Origin: Selaginella moellendorffii
Taxonomy: Eukaryota > Plantae > Lycopodiophyta
NCBI RefSeq assembly: GCF_000143415.4
Contig: NW_003314277.1
Span: forward strand, 1 to 64,000
Direction of reading: 5' to 3'
DNA length: 64,000 nucleotides
This document shows, piece after piece, positions 12,805 through 23,899 of the stretch. How positions within the stretch are numbered: position 1 is the first letter of the stretch; each line of letters begins with the position of its first letter. The translations under genes were made by a program, and so were the position numbers. The notes beneath the pieces are model-generated. The model was given only the letters and a program-made list of their open reading frames with translations, did no database searches and was not told the origin of the DNA.

Positions 12805-13222
12805 GATGGCATGTATTTATTTAAAAATGTAACTTATTATGGCATGGGGTTCCATGCCATTGTATTAATATTAAAAGACAATTCTTTGAGAGGATTTGCA
12901 TTATACTAGAAGTGTTACAGCATGTTATTGGAAGTCTACGAAGTTGTTTTATTAATAAGGGGAAAGTAAAGATTGAATGGGAACTTGGGCTCCACCTAGA
13001 CTCGGAGCAACTGAGCCAATATTAAAAGGATGGAAAGAAATTGGACGACGATGACAAGGAGAAGAGAGAGGTGAAGCAGTGGCAGGGGGAGGAGAAGTGA
13101 TTGAGTAGACATTTCCTTGTTTAAAATAAAATGGCATGTGCCTCAATGCAGTTGAATTTTGTTATATTTATATACTATATAAAGGTTTGGAAACCTTATT
13201 TTACAAGTGGGATAATGACAAT

Positions 13223-13247
13223 TCCCAATTTAACGAAATAGAGCTTG
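13223..13247 (-). repeat. Terminal inverted repeat of 13-kb element copy 1
   Basis: TCCCAATTTAACGAAATAGAGCTTG matches the TIRs at 27626-27650 and 40709-40733 with 1 mismatch. Confidence 0.9.
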
Positions 13248-13873
13248 AGGGGCCTTGGGTGGGAGTGAGCATGGGCTTGAGTGGTGCCGGAGGGGCCACC
13301 CAGGGAAGTGCTCAAGAGCAGCTCCCACTCCCAAAAGGGAAACCGACTGTAGTGCTCCTGGCTCATGTGGAGTGGTGCCCCACTTGAGTACCTTGTGGCT
13401 CATTGGTCCTCGCCCTTCCTAGGGGCTTAGGCCTTCCTTCGGGATGGAAGTGGGGGGGTAGAGGTACCCATACCGGGCCGTTAGGCCACGGTGTTTCGCC
13501 CCGACGTCCCGAAGCAAGTGCTGCACCCAAGGCTTGGGATTTAGAGGGTCCCATGATCAAGTCTTGTGGTACCAAGGGGTGTTAGGAATCTGGAGGCTTG
13601 GTGTGCTTGGCTGCTTGTGCCTGCGGGGAGTGTAGCTGAATCTTAAGTCCAGTCTAACCCGGGGAGGGGGATTGGGAGTGATTTGGGAATCCGTGGATGG
13701 ATGGATAACACTCCGTCGCTCATGTAGTGAGTAGTTGAAACCAAGTAGGACCAAGTAGGAGCTAGTACCATAGGCGAGAACCTTGGCGAGGGAACTTAGC
13801 ACAAGCCAAGGCAGTGTCGGTCGGATAGACGAGGTAAGCTGGCAAATTGGAAAGGAAAAATTTATGGCTTACA
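13248..13873 (+). repeat. 5' LTR of A1 (3' portion)
   Basis: Matches the 3' part of LTR 19098-20252 and ends ...GGCTTACA. Confidence 0.93.
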
Positions 13874-13876
13874 ATT

Positions 13877-13888
13877 TGGTATCGGAGC
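13877..13888 (+). promoter_or_regulatory. Primer-binding site, tRNA-iMet type
   Basis: TGGTATCGGAGC, 3 nt after the LTR end; the canonical site is TGGTATCAGAGC. Confidence 0.85.
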
Positions 13889-16800
13889 CTTTTCCTTAGT
13901 TCTAGCGAAGGATAGAGGCGGATTGCTGGGAGATGGCAAAGGCAGGGCGTAAGCGAACCCAAGCGGAGACGGAACCTCCGCCAGAGCTGGAGCCTCCGGT
14001 CGAACAAGAGGCTATGGATGAGGAATCCTTGCATGAGGAGGACTCCAGTGAGGAAAGTTCCAAACAGGAGTCCGGTGGCGAGGTTCGGTCATCCAAGGCT
14101 CGATTGGACGTTCTAGAAGGACAATTGGCACAGACCAATGCCCTGCTAGAGACTCTCGTACGCAAGCTAAAGCGTGACGAGAAGCGGAAGAAAAAGCGAA
14201 AGACTACGGATGCTGGCAGCGCAGAAGGTGTGGACCCTTCGGCAGGGACTAAGGCAAAACCAGACAAGGTTGAACAGACCGAAGTGGAATCAATCCCTCA
14301 GGCAGTTCCCAAGTACAAACCAAAGCCCCCACCGGTATTCAAGGGAGTGAATGACTATAAGGTGGTGGAGGATTGGTTTTACGATATGGAGGACTACTTC
14401 CGAGCGTTGCGATTACCGAGCTCGGAGAAGGTCCCATGTGCAAAACCATACTTGGCAGATAATGCCAAGTCTTGGTGGAGAACGACAGAGGCCAACGAAG
14501 GACCGGTGGCCACTTGGGAAATAATGAAGGCGAGGATCCGCGCAACTTACGTTCCTCTGAATGCTACTCTGCATCTAAGGGACGAGCTGAGTAGGCTGAA
14601 ATAGACCGGAACCATTCAGAAGTATGTGAATGGGTTTATGGCAAAGAGGATATTTGTCACGGACATGGGGGATATAGATGCGTTCCATGCCTTCATATCA
14701 GGTTTGCAAACCTGGGCTCACAGTGAAGTGATGCGGTGGAACCCGACCAACTACAAGGAAGCGTTGGATGCGGCCATCAAGGTGCATTTCAACGATAACC
14801 TGCAAAAGGGGAACACGACGGGGTCGGGATCCACGTTTAGCAAAGGGGCCAAACCAAGGGGAACGTATAGCAGAGGGAAATTCAAGAAGAGTTTCTCTAA
14901 GAATGAGTCCTCGGGGTTCCGGAAAGGCAAATCCGGTGGCTAGCGAGCGAGTACGTGGGGGAGTCAAGCGAAAAGAGACAAACCCACGGATAAGAAGGTC
15001 AAGTCATATAGCAGCGTGGGAAACAACGTATGCTACAACTGCGGTGAAGCAGGACACTTTTCGAGGGAATGTCCCTACCCGAAAAAGGCCAGAGCCAATA
15101 TAGCCATCAAGTCGGGTGAAGTCCAAACTGAGGTATGTGATCCAGTCCCTAACTCAAAGTTACTCATAACACGAGCAACTTTGGTAGAGAGTCGTTCACG
15201 ACATCTACTAGCCCTCCGAGGGAAGCTCAGAGGTAGCTTTGTTAAGATCCTTATTGACACGGGTGCTTCGGATAATTTTGTGGCTGTAGATATAGTCCGG
15301 AAAACCGAACTAACGGTGCAGCGGCTAGGCGAACCAAGGACTATAGAGTTTGTTCAAGGTAGCCAAAGCACCGATGAGGTACTTCGACAAGCGAGAGTCG
15401 AAGTAGGGACATGGAAAGTGGACATGGATTTCACCGTGTTAAACATCGCGTGATTTGATGTGATCTTCGGAATGGATTTGTTCAATCGATTCATGGTAGC
15501 CCTGCATGGACAAGGTAGGAACCTTGTGGTACTGGCGAATGCCCAAGGAAGAAGATCTAGGGTGGAGGCCCAGGATCTAAAGGTAGGGCAAAGCAGGGCC
15601 AAAGAATCCTACTTAAACCTGGTGTGCACGAGAGGACAACTCACTAAAGGAACTAAGGCAGCATTTTTGTGCTTACTCTCGGTGAAGAGTGACAAAAAGA
15701 CAAGAACGGAAGAAGTACCTTTAGTGATCCAACGGGTGTTGGACCAATTCCAGGATACCATGCCGGAGGAGCTACCGGCGGGGTTGCCCCCCGCACGACC
15801 GATAGAACATAAGATTGAGCTGGTCGAGGGTGCCGAGGCGGTGGTTCGTCCCCCCTATCGTTTGAACGAAAAAGAACTCAAGGAGCTCAAGTGCCAACTA
15901 AAGGAGTTGGTAGACAAAGGGAATGTTAGGTTGAGCAAGTCGCCGTATGGGGCGCCGGTGTTATTTGTGAAAAATAAAGATGGTTCTATGCGCATGTGCA
16001 TAGACTACCGGTTGCTCAACAAGTATACAAAGAAGAACAAGTACCCTTTGCCAAGGATTGAGGACCTGTTCGATAGGTTGGGAAAGGCAAAATACTTCTC
16101 GAGGATTGACCTAAGGTTAGGATACTACCAGATCAGGGTAGCTGAGGAAGATGTCGAGAAGACAACCTGTTGAACGAGGTATGGGACCTTTGAGTTTCCA
16201 GTGATGCCCTTCGGGCTATGCAATGCACCGGCAACGTTTTCGGCACTGATGAACCACATCTTTGTACCCTATCTTGATCACTTCGTGGTCGTTTATATCA
16301 ACGACATCCTGATCTATAGCGAGACGCTAGAGGAGCATGTCGAACACTTGGCGAAGGTGTTTGAGAAACTAAGGGAACACAAACTGTATGCTAAAAAGAG
16401 CAAATGTGACTTTGCTCAACAAGAGGTAAAGTTTCTCGGGCATGTGGTGGGCCAGGACGGCCTCAAGGTGGACCCGTAGAAGGTCCAAGCGATCCAGGAA
16501 TGGGAGCAACCATCGAATGTACATGAGTTGAGGGCGTTCTTGGGGCTATGCAACTACTACCGAAAGTTTATCAGACACTATTCGAGAGTAGCCCTGCCCT
16601 TAACGGGAAACAGGAAAAGGGAAGATGGTATGGACAGCGGAATGCGAGGCGGCATTCGTCCACCTCAAAGGGAAGTTTAGGAAGGCTCCCGTGTTGGCAT
16701 TACCAGATTTTGGTAAGGACTTTGAGGTAGACACGGATGCTTCGGACTTTGCGTTGGGTGCAGTTTTGAAGCAAGACAACCATCCAGTAACGTTCTTCTC

Positions 16801-17804
16801 GAAGAAGTTGGACAAGGCTCAACGGAAGTGGCCTGCCCACGAGAAGGAATTGTTCGCGGTGGTCAAGGCGCTCAAGGAGTGGCGACACTACCTTGGGAGA
16901 CACTTCAAGGTTTACACGGACAATATGGCAACGAAACACTTCTTGTCACAGCCCGACCTAAGAGGGAAACAAGGTCGGTGGGCCAATGCCTTGGCCGAGT
17001 TTGATTGCGAGATTCTGTACAAGCCTGGGAAGAGCAACATCATGGCAGATGCGTTAAGTCGAAAAGCGAGCTTGAGGTTGGCGATATCCAGCGCAACAGC
17101 AACCTTCTGGGACGATGTGCGGACAACATATGAGAACGATGGTCTAGCACAAGAAGTGTTGCTGAGGAATCTAGAGGCCTGGGAAGCTCACCAAAGAGGT
17201 GAGCTGCCAACGGAAGAGAAAACGAGCTATGCGAAACGCAACGGACTCATCTATTACAAGCAAACGAGGGTGTATGTTCCAGAAGGGAAACTAAGGAAGG
17301 TAGCCTTGGAAGAGTGCCATAACGGACCTCTTGCGGGACACAGCAGAGTGCCCAAGACGATGGGCTTACTCAAGAGGAAGTACCATTGGCCAAATATGGC
17401 TAAGGACGTCCAAGACTATGTAAAGACATGTCCAACATATCAGCAGGTCAAAGCCGTGACTAAGGCTAGTGGGGGCTTGTTGCAAAGCATCCCAATTCCA
17501 GATCGTCTGTGAAAATGTCTTACAATGGACTTCATCATGGGACTTCCCTTAAGCGAGGGGTTTGATGCGATATTCGTGGTGGTGGACCGATTTTCAAAAA
17601 TGGCACATTTCATACCCACCACAACAGAAGTGGATGCGGAAGGTGTGGCGAAGTTGTTCTTCGAACAAGTGGTTCAAGTGCGGGGAAGGCCGGAAGAGAT
17701 CATCTCAGATCGAGATAAGATCTTCACTAGTAGGTTCTGGAGGACCCTCCTGGAACAGTATCGCACCAAGTTGAAATTCAGCACAGCCTATCATCCACAG
17801 ACAG

Positions 17805-17851
17805 GTATGGGGTATTAAGTCAAGTTTGGTGGCACTAACACTTCTTGACAG
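17805..17851 (+). other. 47-bp spliceosomal intron in integrase (A1)
   Basis: G|GTATGG...CACTAAC...TTGACAG|AC; removal restores AYHPQT-DGQTERVNR. Confidence 0.88.
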
Positions 17852-18260
17852 ACGGACAAACGGAAAGGGTGAATAGGCAGCTGGAGGATTATTTGCGATG
17901 CTATGTCTCGGGAGACCAGATCGATTGGGTAAGTCATTTGGGACTTGCGGAAATGTGTTATAACAACTCACCACATTCGAGTATCGAGGTGAGTCCATGG
18001 GAAGTCATCAATGGGTGAGCTATTGAAGGTCCTGTGGAACTCGGCATGGCCGAGTATCATGGAGAGCTACCCGCAGTGGAGGCATTCACAGCGGAAAGAC
18101 TCAACATTTGGAATTTAGTGAGGGATTCTTTGGAACGGGCGCAACAAAGGCAAACCAAGTACGCGAACCGGGACGTAGAGTTCCAAGCTGGGGAGAAGGT
18201 GTGGCTGAACACCAAGAACCATAGGCTACCAAGTGGGATCAGCCGAAAGTTGACCCAAAG

Positions 18261-18312
18261 GTAAAAATGCATGTATTCCTGTAAATGAATTGATCTTGAG
18301 TTCCTTAAGCAG
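18261..18312 (+). other. 52-bp spliceosomal intron in integrase C-terminal region (A1)
   Basis: AG|GTAAAA...TAAGCAG|G; removal restores KLTQR-FTGPYEI. Confidence 0.88.
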
Positions 18313-19097
18313 GTTCACGGGGCCTTACGAGATTGAGGCTCGAATCGGTAAAGTGGCTTACCGTCTCCGACTTCCTCGAGAGATGGGGAAGATACATCCC
18401 GTGTTCCACGTGAACTTACTCAAGCCGTATTTTGAGGATCTGCTTCGCAAGGACCAAGTAAGACCTTTACCTGAGGTTATCCAAGGGGAAGAGGAATACG
18501 AAGTGGAGGCCATTCTCAATGCGCGCAAGAGCAAGCGACAAGGACGCGAGGTGAGGGAGTTCCATGTGAAGTGGAAAGGATTTCCACACTGCGAAGCAAC
18601 ATGGGAACCAGAGGAGAACCTAGCGAACGCACGAGATCTAGTGGAGGAATTTCTGCAAGGCAGAACTCTATGTATTTATGCAAAGTTCAATTAAAAGTAT
18701 CAATTTGAGAAGTTGAGCAATGGCATATGTTGGGACCCGAAGGCGCGCCGAAGGTAAGCTAATTAGCATGGGTTAGCTAGGTTGACCAGGCGTAGGGAGC
18801 TACGCCCGACTCTCTGCGGGGATGTCGAATCCGTAGATGTATTCTACGGAGGTTGGGTTCGAGTCCCAACCCCCTAGTAAAGCAAGGCTGGGTTCAAGTC
18901 CCGACCCCATACTAGGGCGTGGTGAGGTGAGGAGTATAGGGACACCTATATTCCGTTGTCATGGGCTCTTGGCCGGGGAGGCTAACTTAGGCACACCGCT
19001 AAGTGGGGGGATGCCCCCGGAGACATGGTCAACAAGTCGTAGGATAAAAAATAGATGTTCGATCTGGGCATCGAACTTCTTCTATGGGTGGTGGAGT

Positions 19098-20252
19098 TGT
19101 AAGGAACCAACTCGCCAAGGTGTCGTAGGCTAAAGGAACCCCGAAAGCTTGACCAAAATGATAAAGAGTTCATCGGATGAGACCAAGTCTAAGATTGAGT
19201 CCAAGACCGACTCTAAGACCGAGTTCAAGATAGAGTCCGGAATCAAGTCCGAGACCGACTTGGAGACCGAGTTCGAGTCCGAGTTCGAGACCGAGCTCGA
19301 GACGGAGTCCGAGATCCGAAATTGGGTCCGAGACCGAGTCTGAGGTCGAGTCCGAGGTCGGGACCGAGATCGGGTCCGAGATCGAGTCCGAGACTGAATC
19401 CGAAGTCGGATCCGAGATCGAGTCTGAGATCAAGCCAGAGACTAAGTCCGAGTACTAATACGGGTCAAGGGGTGAAAGCCCAAAGCATGCGTCTCCTAGG
19501 GGGTAGGGGGGGGGGGCGCTGCAAGGGGTTCCAAAAGTATAGTAGGGATAGTGAGATCCAGGAACCAGTCTTGAAGGAACTCTCCAGTGGGGCTTCCAAA
19601 CCGACTTGAGGTTGAGACTGGGGCCGAGGGGCCTTGGGTGGGAGTGAGTATGGGCTTGAGTGGTGCCGGAGGGGTCACCCAGGGAAGTGCTCAAGAGCAG
19701 CTCCCACTCCCGAAAGGGAAACCGACTGTGGTGCTCCCGGCTCATGTGGAGTGGTGCCCCACTTGAGTACCTTGTGGCTCATTGGTCCTCGCCCTTCCTA
19801 GGGGCTTGGGCCTTCCTTTGGGATGGAAGTGGGGGGGTAGAGGTACCCATACCGGGCCGTTAGGCCACGGTGTTTCGCCCCGATGTCCCGAAGCAAGTGC
19901 TGCACCCAAGGCTTGGGATTTAGAGGGTCCCATGATCAAGTCTTGTGATACCAAGGGGTGTTAAGAATCTGGAGGCTTGGTGTGTTTGGCTGCTTGTGCC
20001 TGCGGGGAGTGTAGCCGAACCTTAAGTCCAGTCTAACCTGGGGAGGGGGATTGGGAGTGATTTGGGAATCCGTGGATGGATGGGTAACACTCCGTCGCTC
20101 GTGCAGTGAGTAGCTGAAACCAAGTAGGACCAAGTAGGAGCTGGTACCATAGGTGAGAACCTTGGCGAGGGAACTTAGTACAAGCCAAGGCAGTGTCGGT
20201 CGGATAGACGAGGTAAGCTGGCAAATTGGAAAGGAAAAATTTGTGGCTTACA
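19098..20252 (+). repeat. 3' LTR of A1 (~1.15 kb) with internal GAGTCC/GAGACC/GAGATC hexamer array (~19180-19452)
   Basis: TG...CA ends, preceded by purine-rich TGGGTGGTGGAGT; matches the A2 LTRs. Confidence 0.95.
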
Positions 20253-23200
20253 CCAGACTAAAGAATCCCAACTTGAGTCTTCAGGGCATACTCCTGAATC
20301 TACTGCTCTGGTCCTAATAGATATTTCTAGTACTCTTTGACTCATCAGAGGGAAGCTAAGTCCTACTGAGAAGCAACGTCGAGTATCTCAGAATCTTTGC
20401 CTCTATTGTGCTGATCCTAATCACAAAGCAGCTGTGTGTCCCAAGAAGCCTCCCCAACTACTCGAGTTCACTCTGCCTCAAGGTCCACCTCTGTTGCAGT
20501 CAGGAAATGACCCTATCCAAACAAAGTAGGAGTTGTCTATTTGGACTCCCCGAATAAAAATCAATTTTCTTCTTTATCAAGCTCCTCACCACCTTTCATC
20601 AAAGCCACCACCAATTCCTGCACTTCCCCATCCCATGTCTCCTTTCTTTCACCGGACAATCAAAACTCAAGGCTTTGGTGCTACTAGACTCGGGCACAAC
20701 TTCCTGCTTCATGGACATGGACTTTGCTGCCTGACATCATGTTCCTCTCTCTCCTACCATATGGGATCTGACGGTTGAAGGCACTGGTGGGCATTTTATG
20801 TCTCCATCTTCTGGACTTAGGGAAATGTTGCCCATTCGAGTACACATCGAGTCCACTGTCACCAATATCACTTTCAACATCATCAACAGCAAGTCCTCCT
20901 TTGTGGTGCTCGGCTTTCCTTGGTTCCAACTGCACCAGCCTCAAATCTATTGGAAGGAATTACAGTTCGTCTCTCCCACGTCTTCCCTTGTTGTTCATCA
21001 ATTCCGAATCAGGAAAAGTTCCCTAAACTCAAATCGGGGTTTTGTTCCTGACTCTACAAAGTTTTCACCCTCTTTTCTCCCTATCCCTCAATCTTCTTTC
21101 CCTCTCTTTCATCTTACACTGGACAGTATCCTCGTCCCATCATTCCATTCAGTGGTACACCTCCTCTTATCTCCACAATCACTATGAAAGAACTCCTTCA
21201 CGAAGAACTTGTTTTCCTTTTTGCTTTACATGTTTCTCCTGTTAGTCTTCCTGAGAAGTATCATGATTTTGGGGATGTGTTTGACAAGAAAAAAGCTAGT
21301 GTACTGCCTATTCATCGGCCTTACGACTGTCCCATTGATTTACAGTAAGGAGCATCACCTCTATAGGGGCCTATCTACGGGTTATCCCTATCTGAGCTTA
21401 AGGCCCTCAAAGAGTACGTGGACAAGAACCTTGCATCAGGGTACATTTAGCATTTGTAGTCCCTAGCTAGAGCGCATGTCTTCTTTGTCAAGAAGAAGGA
21501 TGGGAGTTTGCAACTAGTTATTGACTACCGAGGTTTGAACAAAGTGACTGTTCAAAACCGTTATCCTCTGCCCCTGATCTCGAACCTATTGGAACATCTC
21601 AGCAGTGCCCGCTTCTTCACCAAGATCGACCTTCATAGAACATACAACCTGATCCGGATCTGGCCTGGCAATGAATGGAAGACTGCGTTTTGAACCTGCT
21701 ATGGCCACTTTGAGTACATTGTCATGCCATTTGGCTTGACAAATGCTTCAGCAGTTTTCCAACACATGGCAAACAATGTTTTTCGGGAGTTTCTTGATCA
21801 GATGGTGATTGTCTATCTCAACGACATCCTCATCTACTAAAAAACTCAAGAGGAGCACAATGAGCATATGCACAAGGTGTTGGCAAAGTTGCGGGAACAC
21901 AACCTATACACAAACCTTGAGAAATGTTCAATCAATTAGGAGTCCGTGGAGTTCCTTGGGTATATTGTCACTCTTGAGAGTATCACGATGGATCCTGCCA
22001 AAGTCAAAACTATTCTCGAATAGGAGCCTCCACAATCAATGTCAGACGTTCAGGTTTTCCTTGGCTTCGCCAACTTCTACCGCAAATTCATTGATCACTA
22101 CTCCAACATTGTCCTTCCTTTCACATATCTCACTTGCAAGGATGTTCCTTTCTCTTGGTTTGCTGCTGCCTAGTAAGCCTTCAACACACTTAAGGCGGCC
22201 TTCATTTCTGCTCCTGTCTTGATCCACACTGATCCCTCACAACCTTTCTTCATCCAAGCAAATGCCTCCGACTTTGCCATCAATGCTATGTTGTCTCAAC
22301 TCGGAGCGGATCAGGAATTTCATCTGGTCGCTTTCCATTCTCGGAAATTCTAGCCTGCGGAGATCAATTATGAAATCCACGATAAGGAACTCCTTGCCAT
22401 TGTGAATTCCTTTGGAGAGTGGTGTTGTTTCTTAGAGGGGGCGAGCCATCAATCAATGTTCTGGACAGATCACAAAAATCTCGAGTACTTTGCCACTTCC
22501 CGAGTTTTGAGCCGTCATCAGGCAAGGTGGGCACACTTTTTGAGTTGGTTTGACTTTGTTATAAAGTACAGACCTAGAAAGCTTCAAGGACTTCCTAATG
22601 CTCTTTGAAGGCACTCCTATCTCAGTCTTAGGACTGGTAATCCTACCTTCGATCAACAGGATCAAGTTATCCTCGGTCCTGATTGGCTTCAAGTTATGGC
22701 AATTTCCCTAGCCCCTCAAAACTCCTCCTTGATGGACGCAATTAGAAACGGTCTTCAATCTGACAACCTTACCAGTGACATTTTCCCCCATCTTCAAGCT
22801 GGACACCTAGTGACTCTCAACTGCCGATGATTTGACGAGTTCAAGTTCTTAGATGGCTTGTTGCATTGTGAGGAGTAGCTTTATATTCCTGTAAGTGATG
22901 CTCAAAAGTTGGTCCTGATGGCGTGCCATGATAGCCCGACTGCTGATCACTTCGGCATTGCGAAAACCTATGAGCTGGTTGCACGGGAATTTTAGTGGCC
23001 TCACATGGATGACTACATCAAAGCTTTTGTTACCTCCTATGACACTTGTGCCTGGAATAAAGTACCTCACCACCTTTCTTTAGGTTTGCTTCATTCCTTC
23101 CCGGTCTCTTCAAGTCCTTGGGAATCCATCTCCATGAATTTCTTGAATGATCTTCCGAGTTTTGGAGGCTTCAACAGCATTTTAGTCATGGTGGATCGTT

Positions 23201-23672
23201 TCACAAAGATGGTGCACTTCTTGCTATGTACCAAGGAGTTTTCGGGCAAGAACATTGCAAAACTAGTATTCAGAGAAATTTTCCAACTTCATGGGATTCC
23301 TACAGATGTGGTTTTGGATTGGGGACCTCAGTTCATCTCTCATTTCTGGCAATGGTTCTTGCAGTTGCTTGGAGTGAAGGCCAACCTTTCTTTAGCGGAT
23401 CATCCTCAAACTGATGGACAGTCCAAGTGAACAATTCAGATGTTAGAACAATTCCTATGGTGCTTCATCAACTATCATCAGGATGACTGGTTTGATATCC
23501 TTCCCCTTGCTAAGTTTTCCTATAACAACTCCGATCACTCCTCCCTTCAAGTTTCCCCCTTTTTTGCAAACTCTGGCCAAAATCTTTGTTTCAATCTCTC
23601 ACTTCCTTCTCCATCCGAATCCTTTTATTCAAATCCTTGCTCTGAGGCATTTGTCTCCAACCTCCAAGAAAT
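20253..23672 (+). mobile_element. Ty3/gypsy chromovirus family B, copy B1, internal segment (gag end to integrase), heavily degenerate
   Basis: Homologous to the reverse complement of B2. Motifs [35 protein letters not shown] and MVDRFTK, with many stops. Continues at 58132. Confidence 0.92.
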
Positions 23673-23899
23673 GAGCCCGGGTAGGTTTTGAGTTCATGAG
23701 CTCACGAGCTGAGCTCACGACTTCACAAACACAAGGAAAACATTGGTTCGTCTTGAACTAACAGCTTTTCATTTTTCAAATTTTGATTTAATCTCTATTT
23801 CCAAGTAAATTCGATTAATAAAATACAAATATAAATATAGATCCGAACACCAAAAGTGATCTAGAAACACTTCTCAAGCTCTACAATTGTAAAGCTTGC

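Larger units (their letters stand above)
35..13247 (-). mobile_element. ~13-kb TIR DNA transposon, copy 1 (DDD/E transposase plus divergent cargo gene); left terminus not visible
   Basis: Reverse-complement homologous to 27626-40587 over its length. Ends in the 25-bp TIR at 13223-13247, which abuts mid-LTR sequence of gypsy A1. Positions 1-34 do not match copy 2. Confidence 0.9.
13933..18694 (+). pseudogene. Single-frame gag-pol polyprotein of A1 with chromodomain; premature stops and a frameshift; introns 17805-17851 and 18261-18312
   Basis: Zinc knuckle CYNCGEAGHFSREC, protease [18 protein letters not shown] and VYINDIL, RNase [13 protein letters not shown], integrase MDFIMGLP/VVDRFSK/ISDRD, GPY motif, and chromodomain YEVEAIL..VKWKGF..ATWEPEENL. 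Confidence 0.93.
13248..20252 (+). mobile_element. Ty3/gypsy chromovirus family A, copy A1 (intron-containing integrase); 5' LTR interrupted by the DNA transposon
   Basis: Partial 5' LTR 13248-13873, PBS, gag-PR-RT-RH-IN-chromodomain, PPT, and 3' LTR 19098-20252 (TGTAAG...CTTACA). Inserted in the gag of B1. Confidence 0.95.

Noticed and set aside
18660-18770. Possible further introns after the family-A chromodomain (AT-rich stretch, GTAAGC donor-like site)
   Set aside because: No conserved protein motif is restored by splicing, so it cannot be supported without transcripts.
19149-19609. ORFs in family-A LTRs (also ~42728-43039 and ~48645-48966)
   Set aside because: Repeat-derived, with frames not conserved among the LTR copies.
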